64,000 nucleotides of DNA, taken from a virus. A program made the position numbers and the translations under genes. The notes under the pieces are model-generated. The model was not told where the DNA came from, did no database searches, and saw nothing but the letters and a program-made list of their open reading frames with translations. Positions within the stretch are counted from its first letter, which is position 1. The number at the start of each line of letters is the position of its first letter. Shown here in pieces: positions 54,744-64,000 of this stretch. The stretch is from the IMG/VR virus record IMGVR_UViG_3300036851_000098, positions 1 through 64,000 of that record; one strand, given 5' to 3'.

Positions 54744-55097
54744 TTGGCACAGACCAAGGCAGAGCGTAGTGCAGCAGCGAAGAAGGCTGCCGCAACTCGG
54801 AAGAAGAACGCCAAGGCCACTGAACGAGGGGTCGAAGCAAGGAAGGCTCGGGCTATGCAGGCCACGGCCGAGGATGTCGCGTCGATGGAAGAGCCCCAGC
54901 AGGCTGAGGGTCTTTCTGAGTACCGACCGAAGCACAAGGCTCTTCAGGCTGCTGGTTTGGATCAGCAGGCCGCACATAAGGTGCGGGAGGCCGAGCGGCA
55001 GGCGGAACGTGACAGGCATCTTGCACTCACTGGTGATGTCAGTCGCGGTCTTGTTCGTAAGAGCCGTGGGATTCCGCGCAAGGGCCGGAAGAACTAA
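54744..55097 (+). CDS. Basic Ala/Lys/Arg-rich protein
   Basis: TTG after AAGGAGG; ERSAAAKKAAATRKKN. Confidence 0.6.
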   Translation: MAQTKAERSAAAKKAAATRKKNAKATERGVEARKARAMQATAEDVASMEEPQQAEGLSEYRPKHKALQAAGLDQQAAHKVREAERQAERDRHLALTGDVSRGLVRKSRGIPRKGRKN

Positions 55098-55127
55098 CAT
55101 TCAACATATTTCGAAAGGGGGTGGAGA

Positions 55128-55553
55128 ATGGAACAGAGCATTCTAAAGAGTACCAAGAAGTATGTGGGTCTTGATCCTGAAAACACAGCATTCGATCTTG
55201 ACATCCTCACCCTTATTAACTCGGCGTTCTCCACCATCCACGATCTGGGTGTGGGTCCTGATAGTGGCTTCGCTATCGAAGACGAAGAAACGGTGTGGCA
55301 GGATTTTCTTGATGAGGACCCCGTGCAGCTTGGGCATATCAAAATCGTCGTCTGGACTCGGACACGGCTGGGATTTGATCCTCCTACTCAGCAATTCCTT
55401 ATCGAGGCAATCAACAAGCAGCGTGAGGAAGCTGAGTGGCGACTCAACACGAACCGCGAAGCAGTCGCGTGGGTCGATCCTGATCCGGCTGATGTCGTAG
55501 ATGAAGACGAATTGGTCGTCCTCGACGGCGGCGACGCGGAGGATTCACCATGA
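55128..55553 (+). CDS. Head-to-tail adaptor
   Basis: SIL.STKK..GL......FD.DI...INS.FS....LGVGP...RL.FDPP......EWRLN. Confidence 0.75.
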   Translation: MEQSILKSTKKYVGLDPENTAFDLDILTLINSAFSTIHDLGVGPDSGFAIEDEETVWQDFLDEDPVQLGHIKIVVWTRTRLGFDPPTQQFLIEAINKQREEAEWRLNTNREAVAWVDPDPADVVDEDELVVLDGGDAEDSP

Positions 55554-58378
55554 GTCGAATCGTTTTCAAGCTTCGACGAGATTTCGCCGCAGATTGGACT
55601 GCGGCAAATCCTGTCCTTTCTGATGGCGAGCCTGGATTGGAGATCGATACCGGGAATCTGAAGGTCGGCGATGGAATCACCGCTTGGAATGAGCTGGATT
55701 ATTTTGTCGAAGCAGGATCGGTTGGGCCAGCAGGCCCGGCAGGTCCCGAAGGCCCGGCAGGTCCCGAAGGCCCGGCAGGTCCCGAAGGCCCTGCAGGCGC
55801 CGATGGCGCAGATGGCGCACCTGGTCCGGCAGGTCCAGCTGGTGAACCGGGTTCAGCAGGAGCTGATGGCGAAGACGGTGCCACAGGTCCGCAGGGCGCA
55901 ACTGGCCCCGCAGGGCCGCAGGGTGTTGAAGGACCGCAAGGCGGGCAGGGGCCTCAGGGTGCTGACGGCACTTCCTTCATTTACCAAGGTGAATGGAACA
56001 ATACCGATACATACAATCCTCTTGATGTTGTTCGCAGTCCAATTTCTTTTGATACGTATATTGCAGTTCAAGAGAATACTGGAGTAAACCCCGACACCGA
56101 TACGACGAACACGTATTGGGATCCGATTGCTATTGAAGGCGTTATGGGTCCCGAAGGCCCGCAAGGTGAGCAGGGGGCAACCGGTCCTGCGGGTCCTCAA
56201 GGTATTCAGGGGATTCAGGGTGAGCAAGGCGAAACTGGTCCTGCTGGTCCCGAAGGCCCCGAAGGTCCCGAAGGACCTCAGGGTGAGACCGGCCCTATGG
56301 GCCTACCCTCTCCTGGTGCTGTGTTGTTCTTCGAAACGTTCGACGTGGATCTTTCCAACTATTCACAGCCCTCACGGGGTGCTGTGTCTGGTGGATTGTT
56401 CAACGCGGTTACGCCGTTCAATGTGGACACTGTTATGTCAACAGTGCTCAAGTTCCCGTACGGCGTCATCATGCATGAAATCAAGTATGTAATCGGTTCG
56501 GGTGGCACCACTCCTAATGGCGTTGGCGTCATGCTTCGATATCTTGACGATAACAACTACGTCTTCGTCAGGCATGAGTATATTGCCAACCGTCTTGGTG
56601 TGTACAGGAAAATTGGCGGCGCTTCGCCCGCACTTGTTGGTCGAATCAATGTTGCGGCGACGGCTGTCGGAGCTACTCGTTGGCTGAGAGCTTGGCTAAC
56701 GCCAGATGGCTATGCGCATGCTGCACTATTTTCTTCTGACCCCAACGTCGATACTCCTCCGGATCCAATCTCGGTTACCTCAGAACAGGGAACGGTTCTC
56801 AGTTCGAACGCCACGTTTGGCGCTATGCGCAACGATTTGGCGGCTGGTCTATATTTCAATCTGCCTTCGGCTACGACGAAGATCGACCATCATAAGGTCT
56901 ACGTTGCATCTCGCGGGCCTAAGGGTGACACTGGTTCTACGGGAGTAACTGGTGCTACTGGGGCTACCGGAGCAACTGGTGCCACTGGGGCTACCGGACC
57001 TGCCGGGCCGACTGGTGCTGAGGGCGATTCGGCCTATGAGGTTGCTGTCGCGAATGGGTTTGTGGGAACTGAGGAAGACTGGCTCGAGTCGTTGGGCGGT
57101 ATCCAAGGTCCTGCGGGCGAAGATGGTTCGACATGGCATTCTGGAACAGGCGCTCCTTCTGGGGCTATCCATGATGTCGGCGATTGGTATCTGGATGATT
57201 CCAATGGCAATGTCTATGAGAAAACTGGTGCTTCTTCGTGGACGCTTCGAGATAATTTGACAGGTCCACAGGGTATTCAGGGTATTCAGGGTGATCCTGG
57301 TGAAGGTGGAAGCGCCGCTGTTTGGCGTTCTGGTACAGGAGCTCCTTCGGGTGCTCTCGGTAATATCGGCGACTGGTATCTGGATGATGCTAATGGCGAT
57401 GTATATGAAAAGACCGGATCGTCCACTTACACGCTTCGTGACAACATTATGGGGCCCGCTGGTGCTGATGGTACTATTGGTGCCGATGGCGCGGATGGAT
57501 CAGTTTGGCGTTCGGGTTCCGGAGCTCCTTCGGGAGCTCTAGGAGTAATTGGTGATTGGTATCTTGACACCGCTAATGGCGATGTGTATGAGAAGACTGG
57601 TTCTTCTACTTACACTCTGCGTGATAACCTTACTGGCCCAGCTGGTGCAGATGGAACTGACGGGTCGGTTTGGCGATCTGGTACTGGTGCACCTTCTGGT
57701 GCGTTAGGTGTAATTGGAGACTGGTATCTGAACGACGCTAACGGAGATGTTTACGAGAAGACTGGCTCTTCTACGTATACTCTGCGTGACAACCTTACTG
57801 GTCCTACGGGTGCGGCTGGTGCCGATGGCGCTGACGGAGCCGATGGATCGCCTGGCGCAGCCGGTGCGGATGGTGTTGATGGATCAGTTTGGCGTTCGGG
57901 TTCCGGAGCTCCTTCGGGAGCTCTGGGGGTGATTGGCGATTGGTATCTTGACACCGCTAATGGCGATGTGTATGAGAAGACTGGTTCTTCTACTTATACA
58001 CTTCGAACCAATATTACTGGGCCGCAAGGTCCTGCTGCATCAAACGTCTATTACCACACGTTTAATTTCACAGTCATGGGCACTGTGGCTGATGGAATCA
58101 CAGTTCCTGATGTTCGTATTAGGTTGGCGACGGGACAGACAGCTCGTCTAATTGTTGTGGAAGCGAATATTGTTACCGGCTCTATCACCATTCAACCGCG
58201 TATCAATGGTTCTAATGCAGGCTCTTCGTTCTCCACCGATTCGGATGCAGCTTGGGAAACGAGTGCAACATTGAACACCTCGCTATCTGATGGTGATGTG
58301 CTCGATTTTACAACCGCTTCTGGTGCATCTTCTCCGGCGAACCTGACTGTCGCATTTGTGGTGGAGTATACGATCTAA
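55550..58378 (+). CDS. Collagen-like fibre protein with internal repeats
   Basis: N-terminal RR..A..W...NPVL..GE.G.E.DTG..K.GDG; several GXY tracts; five WxSGxGAP..GDWYL..NG.VYEK repeats. Confidence 0.8.
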   Translation: MSRIVFKLRRDFAADWTAANPVLSDGEPGLEIDTGNLKVGDGITAWNELDYFVEAGSVGPAGPAGPEGPAGPEGPAGPEGPAGADGADGAPGPAGPAGEPGSAGADGEDGATGPQGATGPAGPQGVEGPQGGQGPQGADGTSFIYQGEWNNTDTYNPLDVVRSPISFDTYIAVQENTGVNPDTDTTNTYWDPIAIEGVMGPEGPQGEQGATGPAGPQGIQGIQGEQGETGPAGPEGPEGPEGPQGETGPMGLPSPGAVLFFETFDVDLSNYSQPSRGAVSGGLFNAVTPFNVDTVMSTVLKFPYGVIMHEIKYVIGSGGTTPNGVGVMLRYLDDNNYVFVRHEYIANRLGVYRKIGGASPALVGRINVAATAVGATRWLRAWLTPDGYAHAALFSSDPNVDTPPDPISVTSEQGTVLSSNATFGAMRNDLAAGLYFNLPSATTKIDHHKVYVASRGPKGDTGSTGVTGATGATGATGATGATGPAGPTGAEGDSAYEVAVANGFVGTEEDWLESLGGIQGPAGEDGSTWHSGTGAPSGAIHDVGDWYLDDSNGNVYEKTGASSWTLRDNLTGPQGIQGIQGDPGEGGSAAVWRSGTGAPSGALGNIGDWYLDDANGDVYEKTGSSTYTLRDNIMGPAGADGTIGADGADGSVWRSGSGAPSGALGVIGDWYLDTANGDVYEKTGSSTYTLRDNLTGPAGADGTDGSVWRSGTGAPSGALGVIGDWYLNDANGDVYEKTGSSTYTLRDNLTGPTGAAGADGADGADGSPGAAGADGVDGSVWRSGSGAPSGALGVIGDWYLDTANGDVYEKTGSSTYTLRTNITGPQGPAASNVYYHTFNFTVMGTVADGITVPDVRIRLATGQTARLIVVEANIVTGSITIQPRINGSNAGSSFSTDSDAAWETSATLNTSLSDGDVLDFTTASGASSPANLTVAFVVEYTI
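55733..55786 (+). repeat. 18-bp tandem repeat x3 (GPAGPE)
   Basis: GGCCCGGCAGGTCCCGAA repeated. Confidence 0.85.
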
Positions 58379-59724
58379 TGCCTGCGCCTCCGACACCCAC
58401 TACCATTGGCGATGTTCTTTCAACAGTTAACTCAGCATCAGTGATTATTACAACCACTGATGCTGTAGCAGCTGGTGAATCGATTATCGTTGCGGCCATG
58501 AGAAAAACTAATGGTTGTGATTTGGCTCATGTTCAAGATTCTGGCGGAAATATTTATGAGATAGAAGGCACAACCACAACGGGTCTAGCGGGCGGAATTG
58601 CTGTTGCTACTGCTAAAACAGCATTACCTGTAGGATCGACAATTACAGTGACTTTCACTGTAACTGCTAATACGGATCCAAAGTATGCAGCAGCATATAA
58701 AACTTCGACAGCTGTTGTAATTGATCAAAGAGCACTAGCAACAGGCGCTGCTACAACTGCTTGGTCATCGGGCGCTACTGGGACTACTAGCCATGCCAAT
58801 GAGTTAGTATTCACAATGGCGGCAACTAATACATCACCTGTTTCTTCAACTCCTGATGGTTCTCAGATTGAACTGTATGACAATTCAACTACCGGTGCTG
58901 CTTTTGTAGCCCAATACGAATTGATTAGTTCTATTGGTACGCCAAGTGGTTCCGGAGTTTGGTCTACGTCTGCGACAAACTGGCTTGCTGTTTGTGTGAC
59001 TTTACGTGACGCATCGACAGGTATTACCAGAGAAACAGTCGGTACGCCTACCGCCGTTACCACATTTGGCCAGGGTGGACAAGGATTGACCTCGACAATT
59101 ACAACCACTGGAGCTATTCCATCTGGAGCTACAGCATTTCTTGTTGTTGGTAGTTCGGTTGTTGGCGCGGGTGTTCTTTCCGTTAAAGATAACGACGGTA
59201 ATCTATGGCATAGAGTCGCCAATCAGACATCAGCAAATTCCGTTAATGCTTCAATTTTCGCTCGTTATATGCGAGCTGGGTTGGCTTCTGGGAAGATTAT
59301 TACAATTACGTATGCCAGCGGATCATCTAAGACAGCACAAGCGGTTATTGGCTATATGACTGGGCGTGCTTTAGTAGATGCGGTTGCTAGCGCTGGTGGA
59401 GGATCTGGAACAGCGTGGTCCACAGGAGCGAGTGGCGCGACGGTCTTGTCTGATGAGCAATCGGTTGCCGTTGCGAATGCTAGTTCGGCGACATCGAATT
59501 CAAACACAACTGGTTCGTCTCCAGCAATGACTGAGATGAATGACATTAGTGGTAACTCCCGAGCTACGGTGCTTACCCGAGCAAGTTCGTCTATTGGCTC
59601 AGGTACTGCTGTTACTGCAGCAGGAACATGGGCTGCTGGGTCTACTTGGAACGCAGCGGTGGCAACATTTGCTGGCGTACTTGATGGTGTGGAGCCGTTC
59701 ACGAACTTTAATGTGATTGGCTAA
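58378..59724 (+). CDS. Ser/Thr/Ala-rich virion structural protein with two internal repeats
   Basis: Duplicated beta-rich unit (V.D..GN.Y/W ... G..IT.T ... WSSG/WSTG). Confidence 0.6.
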   Translation: MPAPPTPTTIGDVLSTVNSASVIITTTDAVAAGESIIVAAMRKTNGCDLAHVQDSGGNIYEIEGTTTTGLAGGIAVATAKTALPVGSTITVTFTVTANTDPKYAAAYKTSTAVVIDQRALATGAATTAWSSGATGTTSHANELVFTMAATNTSPVSSTPDGSQIELYDNSTTGAAFVAQYELISSIGTPSGSGVWSTSATNWLAVCVTLRDASTGITRETVGTPTAVTTFGQGGQGLTSTITTTGAIPSGATAFLVVGSSVVGAGVLSVKDNDGNLWHRVANQTSANSVNASIFARYMRAGLASGKIITITYASGSSKTAQAVIGYMTGRALVDAVASAGGGSGTAWSTGASGATVLSDEQSVAVANASSATSNSNTTGSSPAMTEMNDISGNSRATVLTRASSSIGSGTAVTAAGTWAAGSTWNAAVATFAGVLDGVEPFTNFNVIG

Positions 59725-59771
59725 TGTTCGAAGCTATTCGTCAGCAATTGAAAAGGAGGTGAAGCTTCAAA

Positions 59772-60980
59772 ATGGGTAGTAATCTTGTCGTAGTGGCTAT
59801 CCCCGATGAGAACGATCGTGTATGGAAGGTCTCGAGCGAAAAGATTCCTCATCTCACCGTCCTCTTCCTGGGTGATGTGGACGAGGTTTCAAATCTCGAT
59901 CAGATCGTCCAGTTCGTGGAGCATGCGGCCGAGCAGACGCTGCGGCGGTTCTATCTTCCGGTGGACCGTCGCGGTGAGCTTGGCGCCGACAAAGCGGACG
60001 TTCTCTTTTTCAAGAAGGGACGTTACGACTTCAAGGCGATTCGAGACTTCCGAACGGCGCTTCTTCAGGACAGCAACATCAGGAAAGCGTACGATTCTAC
60101 AACACAATTCGAAACGCCGCCTGCGGTTGGTTCTCCTGGGCAGTCCTGGATCCCTCATCTGACTCTCGGCTATCCGACGTCGCCAGCCAAGCCTGAGAAG
60201 GGAGATCAGTATCCCGGATTCTACGACGTCTGCTTCCACAAGATCGCTGTGTGGGTGGGAGATTACGAGGGCTCCGAGTTTCTGTTGAAGGATCAGTGGG
60301 AAGAGATGGAGCTAGCTGAGGTTGCGCCAATGGACGTAGCTATGAGCGATCTGGTAAGTCGGAATCAGGCTCGTATTGCTCTCGGCCTTAAGGAGATCGA
60401 AGCCGAGCTCGAACACTATGGCGTGAAGGGTATGCGTTGGGGACAGCGTAGGTCGGAGCGTCAGCTTGCTGTGGCTCAGAAGCGAAGGAATGACGCTAAG
60501 ACTCTGGAAGAAGCTGCTGCTCGTAGAGGCGAAGGGGCTACTCGTGGAATCCTTGAGCGACTCGCTGCTCAAGAGCGAAGCGGAGCGCTTAAGCTTGAAG
60601 CCAAAGCTAGGTCAAGACAAGAGAAATTGGCTGAGAAAACGGCTACAGTAGAGCCTACCGCTAAGTCTGTTGTTCCTCCTGGGTCGAAGCGTAAGACTAA
60701 AATCGATGTTGAAGGTGGAGAAAATCATCCGGCTACGGAAGACGCGCTTAACGTAGCTAAGGCTCAAGTTAAATTGCAAAAGAGTGGTGCTGCTGCTCTC
60801 TCTAATAAAGAGCTTCGTGAAGTTGCTAATCGGCTGCAACTAGAGCAACAAGTCAAGCAGCTGTCTACGTCTGGTGGACGTAAGTTTGTAACTAACCTGT
60901 TGAGAGAACAGGGCAAGCAACAGACTCAAAGTCTTATCAACGAGCAGATCAGAGACTTGCGGCGTCGCCAGGCAGCATAA
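59772..60980 (+). CDS. 2H phosphoesterase fused to a HYGVKGMRWG domain
   Basis: PHLTVLFLG and PHLTLGY HxT motifs; LEHYGVKGMRWG; LSN.EL.....RL.LEQ. Confidence 0.75.
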   Translation: MGSNLVVVAIPDENDRVWKVSSEKIPHLTVLFLGDVDEVSNLDQIVQFVEHAAEQTLRRFYLPVDRRGELGADKADVLFFKKGRYDFKAIRDFRTALLQDSNIRKAYDSTTQFETPPAVGSPGQSWIPHLTLGYPTSPAKPEKGDQYPGFYDVCFHKIAVWVGDYEGSEFLLKDQWEEMELAEVAPMDVAMSDLVSRNQARIALGLKEIEAELEHYGVKGMRWGQRRSERQLAVAQKRRNDAKTLEEAAARRGEGATRGILERLAAQERSGALKLEAKARSRQEKLAEKTATVEPTAKSVVPPGSKRKTKIDVEGGENHPATEDALNVAKAQVKLQKSGAAALSNKELREVANRLQLEQQVKQLSTSGGRKFVTNLLREQGKQQTQSLINEQIRDLRRRQAA

Positions 60981-60994
60981 GAAAGGAGGGGTAC

Positions 60995-62740
60995 GTGGCA
61001 CTGTCCAACAAAGCAGTCCCGGTGTATTACGGGCAGTTCCGCGATGCGGTGATGCGGGGCGACATTCCGGTCAACCGGGAAATCTCACTAGAGATGAACC
61101 GGATCGATTCGCTCATCGCAAACCCCAACATCTATTACGACGATCAGGCAGTGGAGGGCTTTCTCCGCTTTTGCGAGGGCGAGATGACCCTTACAGATGG
61201 AAACGATCTCCACCTCCTATTCACATTCAAGCTATGGGCCGAACAGATCTTCGGCTGGTATTACTTCGTTGACCGGTCGATTTACGTCCCCTCTGATGGT
61301 AATCACGGGGGTCATTACGAGACTAGGACGATCAAAATCCGGTTGATCAAGAAGTTCTACCTTATCGTAGCCCGAGGTGCGGCCAAATCGATGTTCGCTG
61401 CATTAATCCAGGCATACTTCCTAACCGTCGATACGGCGACTACTCATCAGATCACAGCGGCCCCGACCATGAAGCAGGCAGAAGAGGTCATGTCCCCCTT
61501 CCGTACTGCCATCACCAGAGCTAGAGGTCCGTTGTTCAAGTTCCTTACCGAGGGATCTCTGCAGAATACTACCGGAGATCGGATGCTTCGGCAGAAGTTG
61601 GCAGCAACTAAGAAGGGAGTCGAGAACTTCCTTACTGGATCACTGCTTGAAGTCCGTCCAATGACCATTAATAAGCTTCAGGGTCTTCGAACCAAGATCG
61701 CTTCAATCGATGAGTGGCTTTCTGGTGACCTTCGAGAGGATGTAATTGGCGCAGTTGAGCAGGGTGCTTCTAAGCTTGATGACTATTTGATCATTGCTAT
61801 CTCTTCTGAGGGCACTGTTCGAAATGGTTCCGGTGACACAATCAAAATGGAACTTGCTGACATCCTCAAGGGTGAGTATGCAGCTCCTCACGTTTCAATC
61901 TGGCACTACAAACTGGACGAATTGGAGGAAGTTGGCGATCCGTCTACGTGGTTGAAGGCGAATCCTAATCTTGGGCAAACAGTTACATACGAGACTTATC
62001 AGCTCGATGTCGAAAGAGCTGAAAAAGCTCCAGCTGCTCGTAACGATATTCTTGCCAAGCGTTTTGGTATCCCGATGGAGGGTTACACATACTTCTTCAC
62101 GTATGAAGAGACTCTTCCGCATCGTGTTCGTGAGTTCTGGCAGCTTCCGTGTTCTCTGGGTATGGATGCTTCACAGGGTGACGACTTCTGGGCGTTTACT
62201 TTCTTGTTCCCGCTAGGCGGAAGCCGATTTGGTGTAAAAACTCGCAGCTACATCACCGAGCGGACGCTCATGATGTTGCAGCCTGCCATGCGCCAGAAGT
62301 ATGAAGAGTTCATCCAAGAGGGAAGTCTTCATGTAATGCCGGGAACCGTTCTCGAATGGGAACAGATCTATGATGACATGGATGCGTTTATCATCAAAGC
62401 AGAGTACGACGTTCGATGCTTTGGTTACGACCCGTACAATGCTAAAGAGTTCGTTACTCGATGGGAAGCTGAAAATGGCCCATTCGGTATTGAGAAGGTG
62501 ATTCAGGGTGCGAAGACTGAGTCCGTGCCGTTAGGAGAGTTGAAAAAGCTTTCAGAAGATCGTTTTCTCATATTTGACCAGTCTCTGATGTCATTCGCCA
62601 TGGGTAATGCTATTACTCTGGAAGATACAAATGGTAATCGCAAGCTGCTTAAGAAGCGCCAAGAGGAGAAAATCGACAACGTGGCGGCCATGATGGATGC
62701 TTACATCGCGTTCAAGGCAAACACAGAGGCATTCGAATGA
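60995..62740 (+). CDS. terL: Terminase large subunit
   Basis: VARGAAKS Walker A, DEW Walker B, W.KANPNLG, DASQGDD, YDPYNA, KID..AA..DA. Confidence 0.9.
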   Translation: MALSNKAVPVYYGQFRDAVMRGDIPVNREISLEMNRIDSLIANPNIYYDDQAVEGFLRFCEGEMTLTDGNDLHLLFTFKLWAEQIFGWYYFVDRSIYVPSDGNHGGHYETRTIKIRLIKKFYLIVARGAAKSMFAALIQAYFLTVDTATTHQITAAPTMKQAEEVMSPFRTAITRARGPLFKFLTEGSLQNTTGDRMLRQKLAATKKGVENFLTGSLLEVRPMTINKLQGLRTKIASIDEWLSGDLREDVIGAVEQGASKLDDYLIIAISSEGTVRNGSGDTIKMELADILKGEYAAPHVSIWHYKLDELEEVGDPSTWLKANPNLGQTVTYETYQLDVERAEKAPAARNDILAKRFGIPMEGYTYFFTYEETLPHRVREFWQLPCSLGMDASQGDDFWAFTFLFPLGGSRFGVKTRSYITERTLMMLQPAMRQKYEEFIQEGSLHVMPGTVLEWEQIYDDMDAFIIKAEYDVRCFGYDPYNAKEFVTRWEAENGPFGIEKVIQGAKTESVPLGELKKLSEDRFLIFDQSLMSFAMGNAITLEDTNGNRKLLKKRQEEKIDNVAAMMDAYIAFKANTEAFE

Positions 62741-62978
62741 ACAATACTTACAGAGCACACATTTTCAAGCAATGTCAAGTCGGGCTACGTGAGGAAGTAA
62801 AGCTTAGATTGTTTACTACATTAGGTGATCCAATTGACCTATGTGGTAACGATGAAGAAGATCCCGATATTCCCATCCCGGAGGATCTCTCTGAGCATGT
62901 GAATTCGGAAACTCCACATCCTATCTACGATGACGGGCCGTCTCTTGTCCTCCTTTATGAGAATGCGAAGGTTTGATC

Positions 62979-63632
62979 ATGTCGCTCCAAACCCGTCTAA
63001 GTGACCTGATCACTGCGGTCGGCACTGATTACAAGCAGCTTCGAACCTGGCTTACCGGATCTGCTTCTGGAGATCTTACTGGTCTTACAACCACGGACAA
63101 GACTAGCGTTGTGGCGGCCATTAACGAGGTTGATGCGCAGTCCAGTGCTCCTCCGGATGCCAGTACTACGGTCAAGGGGCTCATCGAGATTGCTACATTG
63201 GCTGAGGTAAGTACAGGCACGGATTCTGATCGTGCAGTTACGCCTGCGGGTGTTAAGCAGGAGACTGATGCCGTAAGAGACGCAATTCTAGGTGTCGGAG
63301 TTCCTGCCGCATTGGACACTTTGGACGAGTTGGCTGCCGCTTTGGGCGACGATGCCAACTTCGCTTCGTCAGTTACTACCTCTCTGGCTGGAAAGCAGCC
63401 GCTTGACACAGATTTGACAGCCATTGCAGCGCTAGTATCGGCTGCAGACAAGTTCCCGTATGCTACGGGAGCAGGTACCTGGACGTTGGGTGACGTGTCG
63501 GCGTTTGCCCGAACGTTGCTCGACGATGCTGACGCAGCGACTACTCGTGGGACGCTTTCGGTTTACAGCCAAGTCGAGCTTGGTAACCCTGATACCGATC
63601 TTGCAGCGCTCTACGCAACCGCTAAGGCGTAA
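62979..63632 (+). CDS. Fibre/decoration protein
   Basis: DASTTVKG..EIAT..EV..GT...RAVTP; P..LDTL.ELA.ALGDD.NFA. Confidence 0.7.
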   Translation: MSLQTRLSDLITAVGTDYKQLRTWLTGSASGDLTGLTTTDKTSVVAAINEVDAQSSAPPDASTTVKGLIEIATLAEVSTGTDSDRAVTPAGVKQETDAVRDAILGVGVPAALDTLDELAAALGDDANFASSVTTSLAGKQPLDTDLTAIAALVSAADKFPYATGAGTWTLGDVSAFARTLLDDADAATTRGTLSVYSQVELGNPDTDLAALYATAKA

Positions 63633-63634
63633 TC

Positions 63635-64000
63635 ATGGCCTCGCTGGCCACTCGCATCAGTGAGCTAATCACAGCTATTGGTGCGGATATTAAAGCGTTG
63701 CAAACCAGGGATACAAGTTACAACGCATCGACATCGGCGCAATCTGGAATCAGCGGCGATACATATTTGGCGGGGTCTAGCATTGCGATTCCACAAGGTA
63801 AGATAAAAGCTGGAACGATCTACCGATGCAAGTTCAACGTTGTTAAGACTGCAGCCGGAACTGGCGCGCCGGTTATATCTGTTCGAGTCGGAACAGCGGC
63901 ATCAACGGCTGATACCGCTCGGGCCACGTTGACATTTGCTGCGCAGACTGCGGTAGTCGATGAGGGTATATTTGAGGTAGATTGTGTATTCCGTGCTGCT
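63635..64000 (+). CDS. Fibre-related protein, truncated by window end
   Basis: MASLATRISELITAIGADIK mirrors the previous gene's N-terminus; frame open to the end. Confidence 0.6.
   Translation, partial: MASLATRISELITAIGADIKALQTRDTSYNASTSAQSGISGDTYLAGSSIAIPQGKIKAGTIYRCKFNVVKTAAGTGAPVISVRVGTAASTADTARATLTFAAQTAVVDEGIFEVDCVFRAA

Noticed and set aside
57120-58025. Diversity-generating retroelement template/variable repeat
   Set aside because: Repeats are in-frame protein repeats with mostly synonymous differences, not adenine-specific; no reverse transcriptase seen
1-64000. Prophage boundaries, lysogeny module or recoded genetic code
   Set aside because: No integrase, att site or host genes recognised; standard-code ORFs tile the + strand with all three stop codons in use

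Overview
The window is a large, circularly permuted part of a tailed (siphovirus-type) dsDNA phage genome, with all convincing genes on the + strand. Order: end of the tail module and lysis membrane proteins (1-4.4 kb); a cassette-rich accessory region (4.4-15.3 kb); conserved genes and a fused helicase-primase-DNA polymerase, SSB, host-like regulators and many small ORFs (15-42 kb); an iteron-rich putative origin (~42 kb); nucleases and a 954-aa single-chain DFDGD RNA polymerase (45.3-48.1 kb); a probable genome end/cos region (~48.6 kb); then HNH, endolysins, adaptor, collagen fibres and large terminase. From recall of the families, the core gene set resembles Streptomyces R4/BD-type actinophages. 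The actinobacterial IHF, ArsR-type HTH, CsrA, FliA-like sigma and Rpf-like genes suggest a (probably motile) actinobacterial host such as Thermoleophilia; this is inference. The most striking element is a self-contained transcription system: about 16 copies of a non-sigma70 promoter motif (TCGCG-N14-YATAAT-GAGA/AGAA), paired with a family of terminators with conserved loops. These define modular cassettes. Seven carry no ORF and instead appear to express small self-closing structured RNAs, one with twin near-identical loops. About 3 kb of additional ORF-poor, densely base-paired sequence looks like large ncRNAs. Candidate anti-defence genes include an Acb2/Tad1-like sponge, a 2H phosphoesterase fused to a HYGVKGMRWG domain, and an orphan Phd/YefM antitoxin. 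All assignments are by eye; no database search or folding program was run.
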